Assembly (NCBI GenBank): GCA_013239625.1
Contig: MU053482.1
Location: forward strand, 4,053,922 to 4,117,921
DNA from: Lama guanicoe
Lineage: Eukaryota
Direction: 5' to 3'
DNA: 64,000 bases
The notes beneath the pieces are model-generated. The model did not search any database and was not told where the DNA came from. It was given only the letters and a program-made list of their open reading frames with translations. Shown in pieces: positions 50,919-63,990 of this stretch; the first letter of the stretch is position 1, and each line of letters starts with the position of its first letter. A program made the translations under genes and the position numbers.

Positions 50919-51434
50919 CTGCACAGGGATGCAAGTGCACACATGCAGCCACCACCAGGGCACAGCATCTCCCCGAACCTCCCCAACCACGGTTCTGGTA
51001 AAGGGACGATCTGGCTTTACTCCCTAACTCCTGCCTTTCCCCACATGTACCTTGGCCCCATAACCGTCCCCATTTGGTCTGTGAGACGTGAGATCAGCAT
51101 TGATGGGGACTGTCATCACAGGCCATTGAAAATAGAGATGCCAAATCCTTATATTTTAAACTAATAGAAACAAAAAGCTGTAGTCTGGGTAGAAGTGAAA
51201 GAAATGGGAAGAATACAGTCTGGGTAAGGTTCTCCCTCCCTCAGAAGAGAAGATGAGAGACTCTTGAGCTGCGGGGGGAGAGGGAGAGGGAAGGTGAAGT
51301 GATGCCAGCTCTAATGCTATTCCTAGTAAACGTCAGCTAAGGCTTCTGTAACACCACATGCTGGGCTCTCTTCTGTACAGGACAGGCATATATATTTATA
51401 TTTATTTACTTATATTTATATATGTATATTGTCC

Positions 51435-51600
51435 CATTTAAACCTATGAGGTAGCACAATATAATCCTCATTTTACAGATAAGGAGTTGAGGTAAAGGTT
51501 CAGTGGCCTCTTGGGTGACTTGCCCAAAGTCCCACAGCTAATAAATGGTGAAGCTGAGAGCTGAACCCAATCAGCCTGGGTGTGGAGTTTGCGCTTTTAA
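51435..51600 (-). mobile_element. MIR SINE
   Basis: cctcattttacagataagga...gtgacttgcccaaagtcccacagcta. Confidence 0.75.
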
Positions 51601-52447
51601 TCTTACCCTGGGCATTTGCAAAAGCCTGCCCTTCTAAATCCTAAGACTAAGTACCTGTGGGACAAGTAGCCTCTCTCTTTAAGCCTGGGACGCTTAGCAT
51701 AGACAGTACTGTGCCCCTCACTTGCCAGGTGTAGCAGGGAGGTGGCCCCTGAGCCATCGAGGTGTAGCAGGCAAGCAGTAGTCACAGAGACATGGATGTG
51801 TCCTTGAGTGAGAGCGAGAGAGAAGCCCCCATGTTTCTAGTGGTCCTGAGCAGAGGGGAAGCCCTGGGTCTGCACCCCAGCTGTTGAGCAGGGTACCGAA
51901 TCAGCTGAGAAAGAGCTGAGAAAGAGCTGATGCCACAGCAGAGGGTAGGAGGGGACCCCCTCAGCTAGGGATCAGCTGGAGACTGGTGACACCTCAGAGG
52001 ATGACACCATGGAGCCAGGGACCAGATGGGGCACATGGTATCTCATAAGACACCAGCCCAGAGCAGAGACAGAAGAAGACGGGGAAGCACAGCTCTCTGC
52101 CACTGACGCTGTGGTCCACGTGCTGGCAGTGCGAATCATGCCCTGGTTCTACCATCAACTCTGGGATCAAGTTACTGGAGTTGGGAAAATACTGAATGAC
52201 AGCTGAAGTCTGAAATGTCTGAGAAAAACCACAAAGATGGCTGTTGCATGTATCTGGACAAAAACACATTTTTTGATATCAGACAACAGGGACTTAAGTA
52301 AAAACAAAATGTAGATATAGAAGAAATACATTTATTTTTGCCCACCAGAGTTCAGATAATACAAAAATTTGAACCTGCCACAGCCTGAAGCTTTAACTTT
52401 CAGACTCTGAGGGTGAAATTTCAGGAGGATATACCTTTTGAGTACTT

Positions 52448-53115
52448 CTTTTCTGTTTTTATTGAAGTACAGTCAGTTTACAATGTTGTGCCAGTTTCTG
52501 GTGTACAGTGTAATATTTCAGTCACACATGTACATACATATGTTCCTTTTCATATTCTTTTTCATTATAGGTTACTGCAAGATATTGAATATGGTTCCCT
52601 GCACTATACAGTAGAAGATTGTTGTTTATCTAGTACTTAGTAACTGCAAATCTCAACCTCCCAATTTATCCCTTTCTACCCCCATTTCCCCCTGGTAACT
52701 ATAAATTTGTTTTCTATATCTGTGAGTCTGTTTCTGTTTTGTAAATAATTCATTTGTGCCTGTATTTTTTAGATTCTACATATAAGTGATATCATATGGC
52801 ATTATTCTTTCCCTTTCTGGCTTACTTCACTTAGAATGACGATCACTAGATCCATCCATGTTTTTGCAAATGACACTATTTCATTCTTTTTTATGGCCAA
52901 GTAATATTCCATTGCATAAATACACCACATGTTCTTTATCCAGTCATCTGTTGGTGGACATTTAGGTTGCTTCCATGTCTTGGCTGTTGTAAATAGTGCT
53001 GCTATGGACACTGGGGTGTGTTTATCTTTTCTAATCAGAGTTTCCTCCAGATAGATGCCCAGGAGAGGGACTGCTGGATCACAGGGTGTCTATGTTTAGT
53101 TTTTTAAGGAATCTG
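52448..53115 (-). mobile_element. L1 3' end, antisense (ORF2 tail and 3'UTR)
   Basis: ORF 52802..53011 encodes IAALFTTAKTWKQPKCP..DDWIK.MW.IY.MEYY.AIKKNEI, the L1 ORF2 C-terminus; the 3'UTR and T-rich tail follow. Confidence 0.93.
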
Positions 53116-53946
53116 TGTACTTCTGGATGACTCACCTATGATTGGTCTGCTCCCTGGCTCCTGCCCAGAGCCCTCCCAGCAACTGCTACTTGGCCTTTCT
53201 CTGCTGGCTCCCAGCTCCCTTATGATCAGGAAACATACCCTCCTTATCTCTGTGCCCTTAGCCTAACGTGTGCCTGAACTATACTGATGAGATGGAGTTG
53301 AGAAAATACCTATGAAATAGTGAACATAGCAACTGAGGATAAAAGTAACCTGCTCACCCCTCTCCCAACCCAAGACATCCGTCAAGTAGTAACTCTTTAA
53401 ACTTCTCTGCACTTTATCCTTATATCACAAAGCTGGACCCAGGGTTTCCTCCTTCATGCTGTAATTGCATTTATATGATGACAAATTAACCCTTTCTCAG
53501 CTTTTACAGAAAGTCAGTACAAGACCCTGTCTCAGGAAGGCCTTTGTGTTTTTCTAAAATCCTGGGTTCCCATAAGAAAACTTCCTTTCTATGCTCTGGA
53601 TCAAGGGAAAGTTTGTCTCTGTCTTTATGATCTAATCAAAGGTGGGAGAGAGAAAATCCAACCAGGTCCCCCTCTACTTTAACTTCTAGGAGACTCAAGA
53701 ACCAGAGCTTTGTTTAGCTTATATTTCTAGATACCATGTCCCTTTCCGCTTCCTGTTTATTAACGGACTTTGGCCTTCCATTTTAGTGGTTCAGCACATC
53801 TGTGTGTTTATTGTCAATTGCATCAAACTCTTTTTCAGAGCAGGGGACAGAAATTGAGAAATAAGCAAACATTCTCAGAGAAGGTCACCTTGACCCTTAT
53901 TACTAGAAAACAATAAATGTATCTTCCCTCTTAGCCAAATACTTAG

Positions 53947-54357
53947 TGTAGAGGGTTGAATAGTGTCCTCTGCAAAACTGTGTCCACCCAGAACCTCTGA
54001 ATGTGAACTTATTTGAAAATAGAGTCTTTGTGGATATAATTAATCAAAGATCTCAAGATGAAATCATTCTGGATTTAGGATGAGCCTAAATCTTTATAAG
54101 AGGAAGGAGAGGAGGTTTGGACACTTGGAGACACAGAGACAGAGGCAGAGAATGGAATGATGCACCTACAAGCCAGGGAACACCAAGAGCCACCACAAGC
54201 TGGACAAGGCAGGGAAGGGCCCACCCCCAGAGCCTTTGGAGGGAGCACGACCCTGCCGGCACCTTGATTTTGGGCTTCTGGCCCCCAGAACTGCGAGAGA
54301 ACACATTCCCACCCAGTTTGGGGTCATCTGTTTTGGCAGCCCCAGGACACTAATATA
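53947..54357 (+). mobile_element. MLT1B/C-like solo LTR
   Basis: tgtagagggttgaatagtgtcc...cagaacctctgaatgtgaacttatttgaaaatag...tacaagccagggaacacca...caccttgattttgggcttctggccccc. Confidence 0.85.
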
Positions 54358-55069
54358 CTTAACCACACAGAAAGCTGTCCAGTGTTCCTGCGGGTGTGTG
54401 CAGACACACAAAATTCCTTGCAGCCAAACCTAAAGAAGTGCTGTCGCCTAAGAACCGTGGTGAGTCATCCTTGGCACTCAGCCCGTCTTCGGGCAAGAGG
54501 AAGCAGGGGCGAGTCTAGAGTTCCCCAACCCGGTATAAGAAAATATTGATGCTTTGCTGCACACTGACTTTCTGTTTGTTGATAAGCAAATGGATTTTCA
54601 ATTAAAGTAGAGGATGCCAGCTGGAGGTTCCTCCGGCTTTCCAAATGCTTGGGACGGAATGTGGTAAGGGAGCAGGTGAGAGCACCAGTTTCGCTCAGTG
54701 CGCGGCCTGGGAAGGACTCTGCAGAGAAGGCGGCAAGGGAGGCCGACTGTCTGGCAAGGGCATTTTAAAGCCGGGGCCGGAATGCAGAGGGTGCAGGCAA
54801 TCACATCAACAAGAGTTAACACTTATCTAGCGCTTTCTATTTGCCAAGCACTGATCAAAGCCTTTCTACATACTCACTTCTCTAATTCTCCAAGCAGCCA
54901 CTAGGCTGGGTTGAAGGGCTCGAGCTCTACTTTTGCAGTTGGGATGCTGCAGACAAAAGGTTCAGTAAATCAAGAATAGGTTCGCCTGTGGTTGAGCAGA
55001 GGTATTGAGATGCCACCACATCAAGGGCAGCTGGGAAAACTCCTGGGAAAAACATGGAGGGGTGCAGCA

Positions 55070-57190
55070 TCCACATTTCCTCCCTCTTCTTTCTTTGTCA
55101 ACTCATCTTTACGGAGTGCCTGGTATATGAAAGGCACTGTCCTAAGCATCATGCATACACATAGGAAGAAGTCACAGTCTGCCTGAAAGGAGAGTCTGGA
55201 AGATTCAGACAAGTAAGCAGACTCTCCACCCATAGTGTGAAGCATGGAGGGAAGCAGAGAGTGCTAAGGGACAATGGAAGAGCAGCCACTGGTCCATCTC
55301 ATGGTGTGAGATGGCTGGGAGGATGGGGAAGGGGAGGAGAGCAGTCAAGGAAGGCTTCCTGGAGTAGGTGATGCTAAAGGTGAATTTTGGAAGATGAGGA
55401 TGATTAGCTAAATTCCTGTTCCCAGAATGTGGCTTCCCCAAACCAGCACCTAGAGAGCCTTATACAGATTCTGGCACCAATATACAACTACTCATCAGAA
55501 TTTCTGAGGCTGAGACTATGTCACTTAGAAAGGCCTCCAAGTGATTCTGATGTAGTTGGTCCGTAGATCGGCTTTTAGGAGCCATTGACCAAGGGAGAAA
55601 GGGCTCACACACATGGCCAGCAGATTTGTTTGTTAAGCAGCATTCATGAGGCTTTGCTGAGCCCTGACCATGTGACCCACATTGTGCTAGGCATGGTGAC
55701 ACAAATATGAATAACACAATCTGTCCTCAGGAGCCGAGGGTCTAGGGCAGTGGTTCATAGCTCTGGATGGACATTAAAATCTCCAAGAGCTCCCTGCCTC
55801 CCCCCAAGAAGGATCCCTCGTTCCCCTTCCAAGCCAATTAAATCATAGTCTCTGGGTTAGAGCCCAAGTGATTTTAAAGTTCAGCCAAATTTGAGAGCCA
55901 GTGGTCTAATGAGAGAGGGACTTCCAGACAACAGAACATTCTTTTCCAGGGCGGTGATGCCACAACAGAGACATGCAGGCGAAAAGGGGCATTCTCCCCA
56001 GCTGGGGCTGACTTCTAGAGAAGAGGTCACCGGAGCTGAGTCTAAAAGGATGGAGGACAATTGGTGAGGGTGGAGGCTGGGGAAGAGGTTTGGGGAGGAA
56101 TTCCAAGCAGAGAGGACAAAATGGGCCAACACACAAAGGCGACAAACAGCACGGCGTGGGCAGGGAGCTCAGGGTGGTTCCCCTAGTCCGTGCTGTCTGC
56201 GGAGACGCCAAAACAAGGATGGTAGGCAGTGGGGCTGGAGAGGTGGGCAGAGGAGAAACCTGGGATCCATGCCCAACACTAGACTTTGGGCCTCGTCTTG
56301 TGCACGTGGAGAGTCATTTAAAGATCTCAAGCGGGACAATGACATGGTCACTGTGAGTGTTTTTTAAAAAGATAACTTTGGATAGCATGGAGGATAGATT
56401 TGAGGGGGTTATGCTTGGGCCAGGGAAACCAGTCAGAGGCTGTTGCAGAAGAAGAGACGAGGCCTGAGCTGAGAAGTAGGGGGAACGGAAAGGAGGGCTC
56501 GGTAATGGACTGGGAATAGGGACGGAGAGAGAAGAGGATTAAAGGAAGATGCTCAGTGTTAAGCTCACACGTCTGGGCAGATGGTGGCATCACGCATTTA
56601 GACAGAGAATAAGAAAAGATGCAGATCTGGGGGGAAAAAGTATTCCGTTTTGGTCAGATTCAGTCTGAAGTGCCCGTGGGAACAGCGAGGAGACGATGTG
56701 CAGCTGAAGCTAAAGGCAGAAATCAGGCTAGAGAGAGTCATTAGGAAGTCCTCAAAATACAGGGGGTGCAGAACCCAAGAGCAGATGGGGTATCATGAGA
56801 CGCGTATCTTGAGAGCAGGTGGCCAAGGATGGCTCCCTGGGGAGCACTTCAGCATCCTTTGGAAGTAAGAGTTGCCCACGAGGAGTTAGGCGCAGTCAGA
56901 GCGATGAGGATGTTCTGGGGTGTGGAATCCTGGATCCAAGGGAGAAAAGAGTTTCAGGGGAAAGGTGGAGTCCTGCAGGTTAAAGACTTTAAAATGTCCG
57001 TTACATCCAGCAGCTAGGAGGCCCGTGATGATGTTGTCAAAAGTAGCTCCGAGGTAGTACTGGGATGGGACTTGAGAAGTGAATGAGGTGGCAAAGCGCT
57101 GACTCTTTCAACAAGTCTGAAAGAGGCAGGAGGGGGAGTCTGGACGTAGAAGCAAACAGAGGGGTCAAAAGGAAACACATTGACCCTTTC
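55070..57190 (-). mobile_element. Fragmented L2 LINE interrupted by MER5-type elements (~55450-55580, ~55750-55900)
   Basis: Purine-rich antisense L2 phrases (ggaaggcttcctggagtaggtgatg, ttttaaaaagataactttgg, ttccgttttgg) and MER5-like cagtggttc...tttgagagccagtg. Confidence 0.6.
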
Positions 57191-58861
57191 CTTCTCCTCC
57201 CGGGGCTTTACCCTGGACCCGTCCACCTCTCATCTGCCTTCCCTGTGTGACCCCACCCCCACCCACTTGACTTGTTTGAACTGTCCATCTAGGAGTCATA
57301 GACAGACACCAAGTTTCTTCATTTTCCAATTACTTTTACTCACTCAGTTCTCTACTATACTTTGGATTTGCTGTCTATTTCAGTATCTGGCAGATGCAAT
57401 GGGGAGAGGGCTTTGCAGCTTTGGGGTGCAGGGAGAAGGGGGACCAGAGTGTGGACAGAAACCCAGGCCTCTGCAGAACCTGGGGGTTCACACTGCTTCA
57501 CTGGTGAGCACCTGGGGAGTTTCCAAGCGTGCTTAACATTTTGCTATCAGAGGACACCCACAGCGGGGCTCAGCAACCTGCCCAGAGTGCTGTGATCCAA
57601 CACCCACAGCCACAGATGGGTCTAGAAGGCACCGCCATTCCCCTAGAAACACTCCCACTGTCAGAGATGCATTCGGGGCTGGTTCATTAGGGTTGGCTGT
57701 ACTCCCTCTCTCGCTAGTCCTCCTTGGTTCCTCATGCTTCCTCCCAACTGCTGAAATCTCACTGGTGGTAGGAGTCTGCAACCCACCCCAAGCCCCCTTC
57801 CCCTGGTGGTCGTGGGCAGGAATTGGCTAAAGCTCTTGCCCATGGCCCCACCTACTTTCTCAATCACTTAGCCTGAGCAACATTAGCTTGGTGGAGAGAT
57901 CAGGGAAAAGGGCCTTCACACAGAAACTTTAAGCAAAGATCAGTCATTTCCCTATTAGGAAGAGAGAGCAGAGGCTTTCTACAGGACTCCTGAGGGGACG
58001 CCACGGCCTTGGGAGGAAAGCAGGGGGTCACGCAGTCAACAGCTCTGTTTCACATAAAATGCAACTTAAGCATTGATCTTCAGGCAGACCGGCTGGCAAG
58101 CAGGTGGGGGTCCTGTGGCTGGCATCTGTTGGGTTCTCCCAACCCCAGCGGTCCAAGGTCATCTGCATATGACACACAGCAAGGCTGAACAAAACTACCA
58201 AAGAAACATTGCTTTCTCTCTCGCGTTTCTTAAGTATAGGTGACTAGAGGGCTAGAGGACAGTGGCAGGCAATGATGAGGTTCTGTGAAGGTGAGAACAG
58301 CCTAAAAATGTCCAGGACAGGTCTCTTCTCCTGAGGGTCCCTGTGAGGGTGTAGCCCATCCCCCTCCGTATGGCTCAAGAAATCCCAAAGGCATATGGAC
58401 ATTCCTTATTGGTCTGGTCAAAGGTTCACTGGAGAAGCTTGAATCCAGTCTCCAGGGAGTTTAAGGTGTATTTTGTGGTTTTTGGTGATTACTGGGATAT
58501 TTGTAATTCAGAACCAGGAAATACCTATTGCCAGAGAAGCTGAAGACCTGGGAGGATGGACGAACCGTGGAGCCACTCGGTCCAATTTCCTCATATAGAA
58601 TGAGGACACTGGGGGCTGAAGGGAAGAAGCCCGCCTTCAAGCATGCTGACCTGGGACGGGGGGGGGAGGGTAAGACATGCCTCAGTGCCCCACAGCCAGC
58701 CCCTTTTCTTTAACATCTGGTCTCTCCGGGGGTTGAGAGCTCACTCCAGCATGGCTCCAACAAGACTCTGGCTGTCCCATGGGAAGAAGGGTTTAGTCTC
58801 ATGTTTGTTTGTTTGTCTTCCCACCAATCCCCAAGAAACCCACCCCACGAGGGCCTCCTAC

Positions 58862-59047
58862 CTCTTGGGGTATATTCCATGCCATGTAGACATGGCTTTT
58901 AAATTCATCCATCCAGACTTCGGCCACCCTGAGGGCATTCCTGCGGACGTGGGCGGTGAGGTCCTCGGTGTAGGGCTTGTGGGCTCGCTCGATGTGGGCA
59001 ATCCGTGAGCAGGGCAGGACCTCCACGCTCCCACCACACTGCCACAC
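58862..59047 (-). CDS. GALNT18: GALNT18 internal coding exon (probably exon 7), end of catalytic domain: VWQCGGSVEVLPCSRIAHIER...MAWNIPQE
   Basis: 186 nt = 62 codons. Acceptor ctgcag|GTG, donor GAG|gtagga. The GalNAc-T signature WQCGG..E..PCSR..H and the NALRVAEVWMDEFK segment match GALNT18 as I recall it. Confidence 0.97.
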
Positions 59048-60604
59048 CTGCAGAAGACACAGAGCCACTCATCAGTGCCCAGAGCTGCCTTGGAGCCTCT
59101 AACCCAGACCACAGGTGACCTCAAACAAGAGCACGGACAAATCCGGCTCTCTTCACGTTGTCTCTTCAAACCACTGGCTGCAAAGGGAGAGAAATGCATC
59201 TGATTTCTACTTCTACAGCAGGAAGGTTATTGAGTTATTAATTTGTGTCTTGTTCCCTGTTGCTGGGGATTTACCAGCAAAGAATTAATGCACCTTCTCT
59301 CTTCCTTCCACCTTCCCTCCCCTAAAAGTAGAGACCAGACATTTTGTGACCAGTGATCTGGGTTCTCCGTGCCCCCAGGAAAGACGCTAACTTAACAAAA
59401 TCCTTGACAATGTTCTCTGCAGCAGCGCCTGACAGGGAGGGACCAGCAGAAAATCCCAGCAGAGATGTGATCTTAGAATGGACCACCTGGGCCTGGGCAC
59501 GGATTAGTGATCACTGCAGGGAGAAAGTCAGGCGCCCTGCTCTCACTCCATCTTTCCTGGCCCCGAGTTCTGACAGAACCCAAGGGAGGGGGAGCTACAA
59601 AGAACAGAATGATATGAAACTTCTCACTGACCTTGGTGAGTAGCAGCTTGAACTGGATGCAATTTGATTTTGAAAAAAATAAAGAAAAACGACCTTGTAT
59701 CCTGAGCATCGAGGGGCAGTACCTTGGAGCTCTTGCCACAACCATTCCAGTCACTCTGAACGGTCAGTGTTCCGGAACGTGAACATCTTTTTTGTGCCTA
59801 TAGGTCTTTGCCCGTTCTTTTTGTAATTTTTGGATGCCTGCTCTACTCCTCCTCCAGCTGAAAAATATCGGCTCTCAAGATCTTGGCCATAAGGCCCCAC
59901 TGTTGTGGGGTCTTTGCTCAATTCTTGGATTCTTGGGGCAGAATCGTTCCCTCCTCTGGCCCTCAAAGCTCTTGATGCCACAACTTAGCCACTGATAGGC
60001 CAGCCTGCCCCCTCCACTCTCCTCCTTGAGGGCAGAACCCACATCTCAATCGTTTCTCATCTCTAGCTACTAATACAAGGCCTGGTACCTATGGATACGT
60101 TGTAAGTACTTGTTGAGTAAATATACAAATGATTGATGCTTAATCAGACAATCAATACGGGATTGATGCTTAATAAAGTGGGATGAATCTGAAATACCTG
60201 GTCAGAGCTGATGAATGAGGCTTCTGGGGGAAAGCAATCAAGAGCTTTTGGTGAACAGCAGTGGTCACCCATCAGGTATTGTCAACTGGACAATCTGACG
60301 GATGATGTTTGCACTTACAACATGTATCCGTCAACGATCATAGGTCTTCAACCAAGGTAAGGTCAGCCTCAGAGTTAGCTTAATTCCCCAGTGTTAGTCT
60401 GGAAGACAACGCCTTCTCATCCACTGTCTATTTCACACCAGTTGGTCCCTACAGGCTAGGCTGTTAGATTTGGAAGGCAATGGACTGACCACTTTCTAAG
60501 CTTGTCTTGAGTGTAGTATCTTATTTAGAGCCAATGGAAAGGAAATAAACCTTCTCACTGAGTGTCCACTACATGCCAGACATCAAACTGTGTACGCAGA
60601 GAGA

Positions 60605-60860
60605 CAGCAGAGCATGGTCGTTCTGAGCAAAGGGTTTGGAATCATATGACTTGGGTTCAAATCCTGGCTCTGTCTCACACTAGCTATGTGACCTTGGGTA
60701 AGTCACATGATCTCAGTGGGCCTCAGTATCCTTATCTCCCGTGGGGACCCTAATAGTACCTATCTCATGGGGTTGTTGAGAAGATTAACATGATTATATG
60801 CAAGGTGCTTAGAAAGATGCCCAGCATATATTAAGCACTGGCTCAGTCCCAGCCACTACT
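60605..60860 (+). mobile_element. MIR SINE
   Basis: tgggttcaaatcctggctctgtc...tagctatgtgaccttgggtaagtcac...gcctcagt. Confidence 0.9.
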
Positions 60861-61519
60861 ATAGAAATGATATACAGCAGGACCTTCAGAATAGCTCATC
60901 AGGCGGTGGTCACTGCCCTCAACACCTTGGATGAAGACCTATGGTCGTTGATGGGTTGAAGGGACCAAGGCTGTCCCTTGCCCAAGACCACACAGCTGGT
61001 ACAGAAGACAGAAGAATCTGTCTGAGCCTGACCGAAGCTAAAAGAAGAGCCAGTGCTTCCCTGGGGGGACAAGGCTTTGAGGAAAGTTCCCACGCCTAGA
61101 GGTGATTCTGGGGATCAGGATTGGGAGCCATGGAAGGCCCCAGGCTGTGCACCTTTATCTCTGTGACCTGTACGTTCTGGGGATTGTGTTGATTTCCAAT
61201 TCACTTTGCTCAGATTTTCAAGGAAAACCTGTGAATATGTTATTGATAACAGAGTTGAGGTATTTATTCTTTGTGCAACCGGAACGGAGGCTATTAATTG
61301 ACATATTTTAGCAACACAACACAGAACGTGGTTTGTAACAAAGCTCTTTTCTTAAAAGACCTGTTTAGTAAAGAGTTTGTCACCATATCACCTTACAGTG
61401 GGCGCATCTGCCATGGTTCTAATCAGAAGGGTGGCAGCAGCACCTCGCATCCTGCCCTTAGCCGGGCAGTTAAAGGAGCGATGTGAACCCACTGGTGAGC
61501 TCTTGAAGCCACTCCACTG

Positions 61520-62100
61520 TCCCCATCCTGCAGCCACCGCCCTAGTCCAGACCACCGCCATGTCCCATCTGGACTCTGCAACAGCCTCCCAACAACTGAC
61601 CTCCCTCCTGCCTTCCTCCTCCAGTCTCTTCTCCACCCAGCAGCCAGAGGGATCTTTTGAAGGTGTGCACTGGATCACGACCCCCTGCACTGCACCCTCC
61701 CCAGCACAGCCCTGCAGGCTCCCGGGGCCTGGCCCCTGCCTATCCCTCTAGCCTCGTGCTGTGGTCGCTTCCTGAACACACTCCATGTTGCAGCCACTCT
61801 GACATTTTTTTACTTCCTCCAGCACGCCGGGCTTCCTCTCACCTCTGGATTTCTGCTCATGCAGTTACATACCCCAGCCCTGCCCGCTTCCCTTGACATC
61901 CTTGGGGTGTCAGCTGGCGTCTCAGCACTGTATCCCCTTCAGCTAGGCCAGCCTGCCGTGCTCTGTGGTCCCTGCCCTGTCTTTCCCGATCACGGGAACT
62001 TGACACTCTTGTACTTGCTTGTTTAATTATCTCCTTTCCTCTTTCAAAATGTTCTCCATGTTCTTCACCAGATTTGCACTTAGACAGGTGCTAAGTGGTG
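61520..62100 (+). mobile_element. L2 LINE fragment
   Basis: ccaccgccctagtccagaccacc...ctggactctgcaacagcctcc...cagcagccagagggatctttt. Confidence 0.7.
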
Positions 62101-63517
62101 CCTAGAACAGATCACGGGTTTCCAGCAGAGGTGGGGCAGCTGGGCCGGGTGGGAGTAGCACATAGTTTTTAAAAGCACAGCTTTGGAGCTAGTGAGAATT
62201 GGATTCAATTTGTTTTTTTAACCTCCGCCACCTGTTGCTGTGGCAAGTTACTTCTCCTCCTGAGCCTCAATTTTACCTGTCAAAGAGGGGGATGGAGTGC
62301 AGATGTGTTTCACTCTGAGCCTGTCTCAGTGTGAACTCCGTGTGCATGGTGTTGTGGTGGGGACAGGACATCTGGGTCAATTCTGGCCCCCCCACATGCT
62401 GGCTGAGTGGCAACTCTGGGGTAGTTACCCTCTCATCTACTAAATGCATGTGGCAATGACCACTGCACTGGGCTGTGGGCTCTGGAAGCCCCTGTCATAA
62501 TGCTGGGATACTGTAAGGCCTTAGTCTGCACTTGGTATCATTACATATTTTATAATAACCATTATGATTGCCACTATTTGGCTTCTCCTGTACAGCCCCC
62601 TTCAGGGGACAAATGACTGCAGAGGACTCACATGTCTGGCTGAAGCTCAACAGACAGAAGACGTGCTGCCCTCCAGAGTCCCCAGCCCAGCAGGGAGGGG
62701 TGCAAGAGCCACCCCTCCCACCACCAAGACTGGGAGCACCTGTTCACCTAGAGGTCATCTCTGCTCCCCTCTCTTCTGCGAGAAGGAACACATCTATGGA
62801 GTGGGTGAAGGCATCTGCCTTGGATCTAGCCTTTGGGTTCCTGGCAGCTTCTGGGCATTGGAGCAGAAGATGTGTATTTGGCGTGTTTACCCCACCACTT
62901 CTGGACCCCGCCTGATGACACCGAAATAAACAAGAGAAAGCCCTTGCTCTCTGAGGCCCATGTGACGAGCCGCTCTGCTGACTAATGGCCTAACACAGAG
63001 AATCTCAGAAATCTTACCCTCAGCCGATCTCAGAGACCCTCTCATGGATGGTAGACAAAGGCCAGGAAAGAAAATCACAGGCATTTAGACTTCATAAAAG
63101 ATGACATCATGAAACTTCCATGGAGGCTTGGGGGGGGCGTGGGAGGAACAAGTGAAAGGGAGCTGGGCCTAGGACACGTGTCATAGCTGGCATGATGTAG
63201 CAAGACCCACACCAGACGGAGGCCACAGACAGGAGGAACTGTGCCAGAGAAGCAGGGCCACTGGAGGCAGGGTAAAGATGTGGGACAGAGTGATGGCTTA
63301 GCATTGCAAGTTCTCCGGCGTGGGGATGCCAAAACGAGGAGGGCCAGGGGAGGGGTACCAAATGAGTGGCTGGGAAATGAAGACCAAAGGTCAGTAACCA
63401 AAAAGGTAGATGAGGTTGTAGGATACAGGAAGCCACTACCAAGATGTAGAACTTAATTTTTACATAGGGTGCCTGTGACCCAGGCTCGTTACAACAAGGG
63501 TGGCATGTGTCCAGACT

Positions 63518-63647
63518 CGGCATGTCAGCCCGAGACTGGACCTCGTGGCTTCTAGGCGGGTCCTGGAACTAGTCTTACAGGCACTGGGGACGCCTGACGG
63601 CATGTCAGCCCGAGACTGGACCTCGTGGCTTCTAGGCGGGTCCTGGA
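63518..63647. repeat. Exact 50-bp direct repeat (63518-63567, 63598-63647) separated by a 30-nt spacer
   Basis: cggcatgtcagcccgagactggacctcgtggcttctaggcgggtcctgga occurs twice, period 80. Confidence 0.95.
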
Positions 63648-63649
63648 CA

Positions 63650-63990
63650 ACATGCTTCTTGACCACACCAAGTTCTTTCCTGTCTCTGTGCCTTTGCACC
63701 TGCTATTCCATCTTTCTGGAATAACTTCCCCTGCTTATTACCCAGCTCAAATATTACCTTCTTTCACCCACCCAGTCTAAATTAGGTCCCCTCTGAATAC
63801 TGTTAGGGCCCCACCCTTTTTCTTAATAATGCTTATTCGCAGTACTTCTGTTTACGTATTTATTCTTTCAGTGTCTGCCCTCCACCTCCACCGCCCCACT
63901 ACAGTATAGACTCCAGAAAGACAAGGATCGTGTTGTGTACACCGGTACCGGGCACTTAGTACGTATTCAATAGCAGTGATTTGAATGAGT
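63650..63990 (+). mobile_element. L2 LINE 3' fragment
   Basis: gcctttgcacctgctattcc...ctcaaatattacc...gtgtctgcc...tattcaata...tgaatgagtg. Confidence 0.65.

Noticed and set aside
51903..51930. 11-bp tandem repeat agctgagaaag x2.5
   Set aside because: Ordinary replication-slippage duplication.
52802..53011. 69-aa ORF as a host gene
   Set aside because: It is the C-terminus of L1 ORF2 in a truncated L1 copy.
59751..59981. 76-aa minus-strand ORF as an extra GALNT18 exon
   Set aside because: No GalNAc-T similarity; the expected upstream exon with the (W/Y)GGEN.E motif is not seen in this window.
60205..60300. Possible C/D-box snoRNA (ctgatga ... ctga)
   Set aside because: Imperfect C box, no terminal stem, and antisense to the host transcript.
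63518..63647. CRISPR-like repeat-spacer-repeat interpretation
   Set aside because: Only two repeats, mammalian intron, no cas genes or leader. Kept only as a direct repeat.
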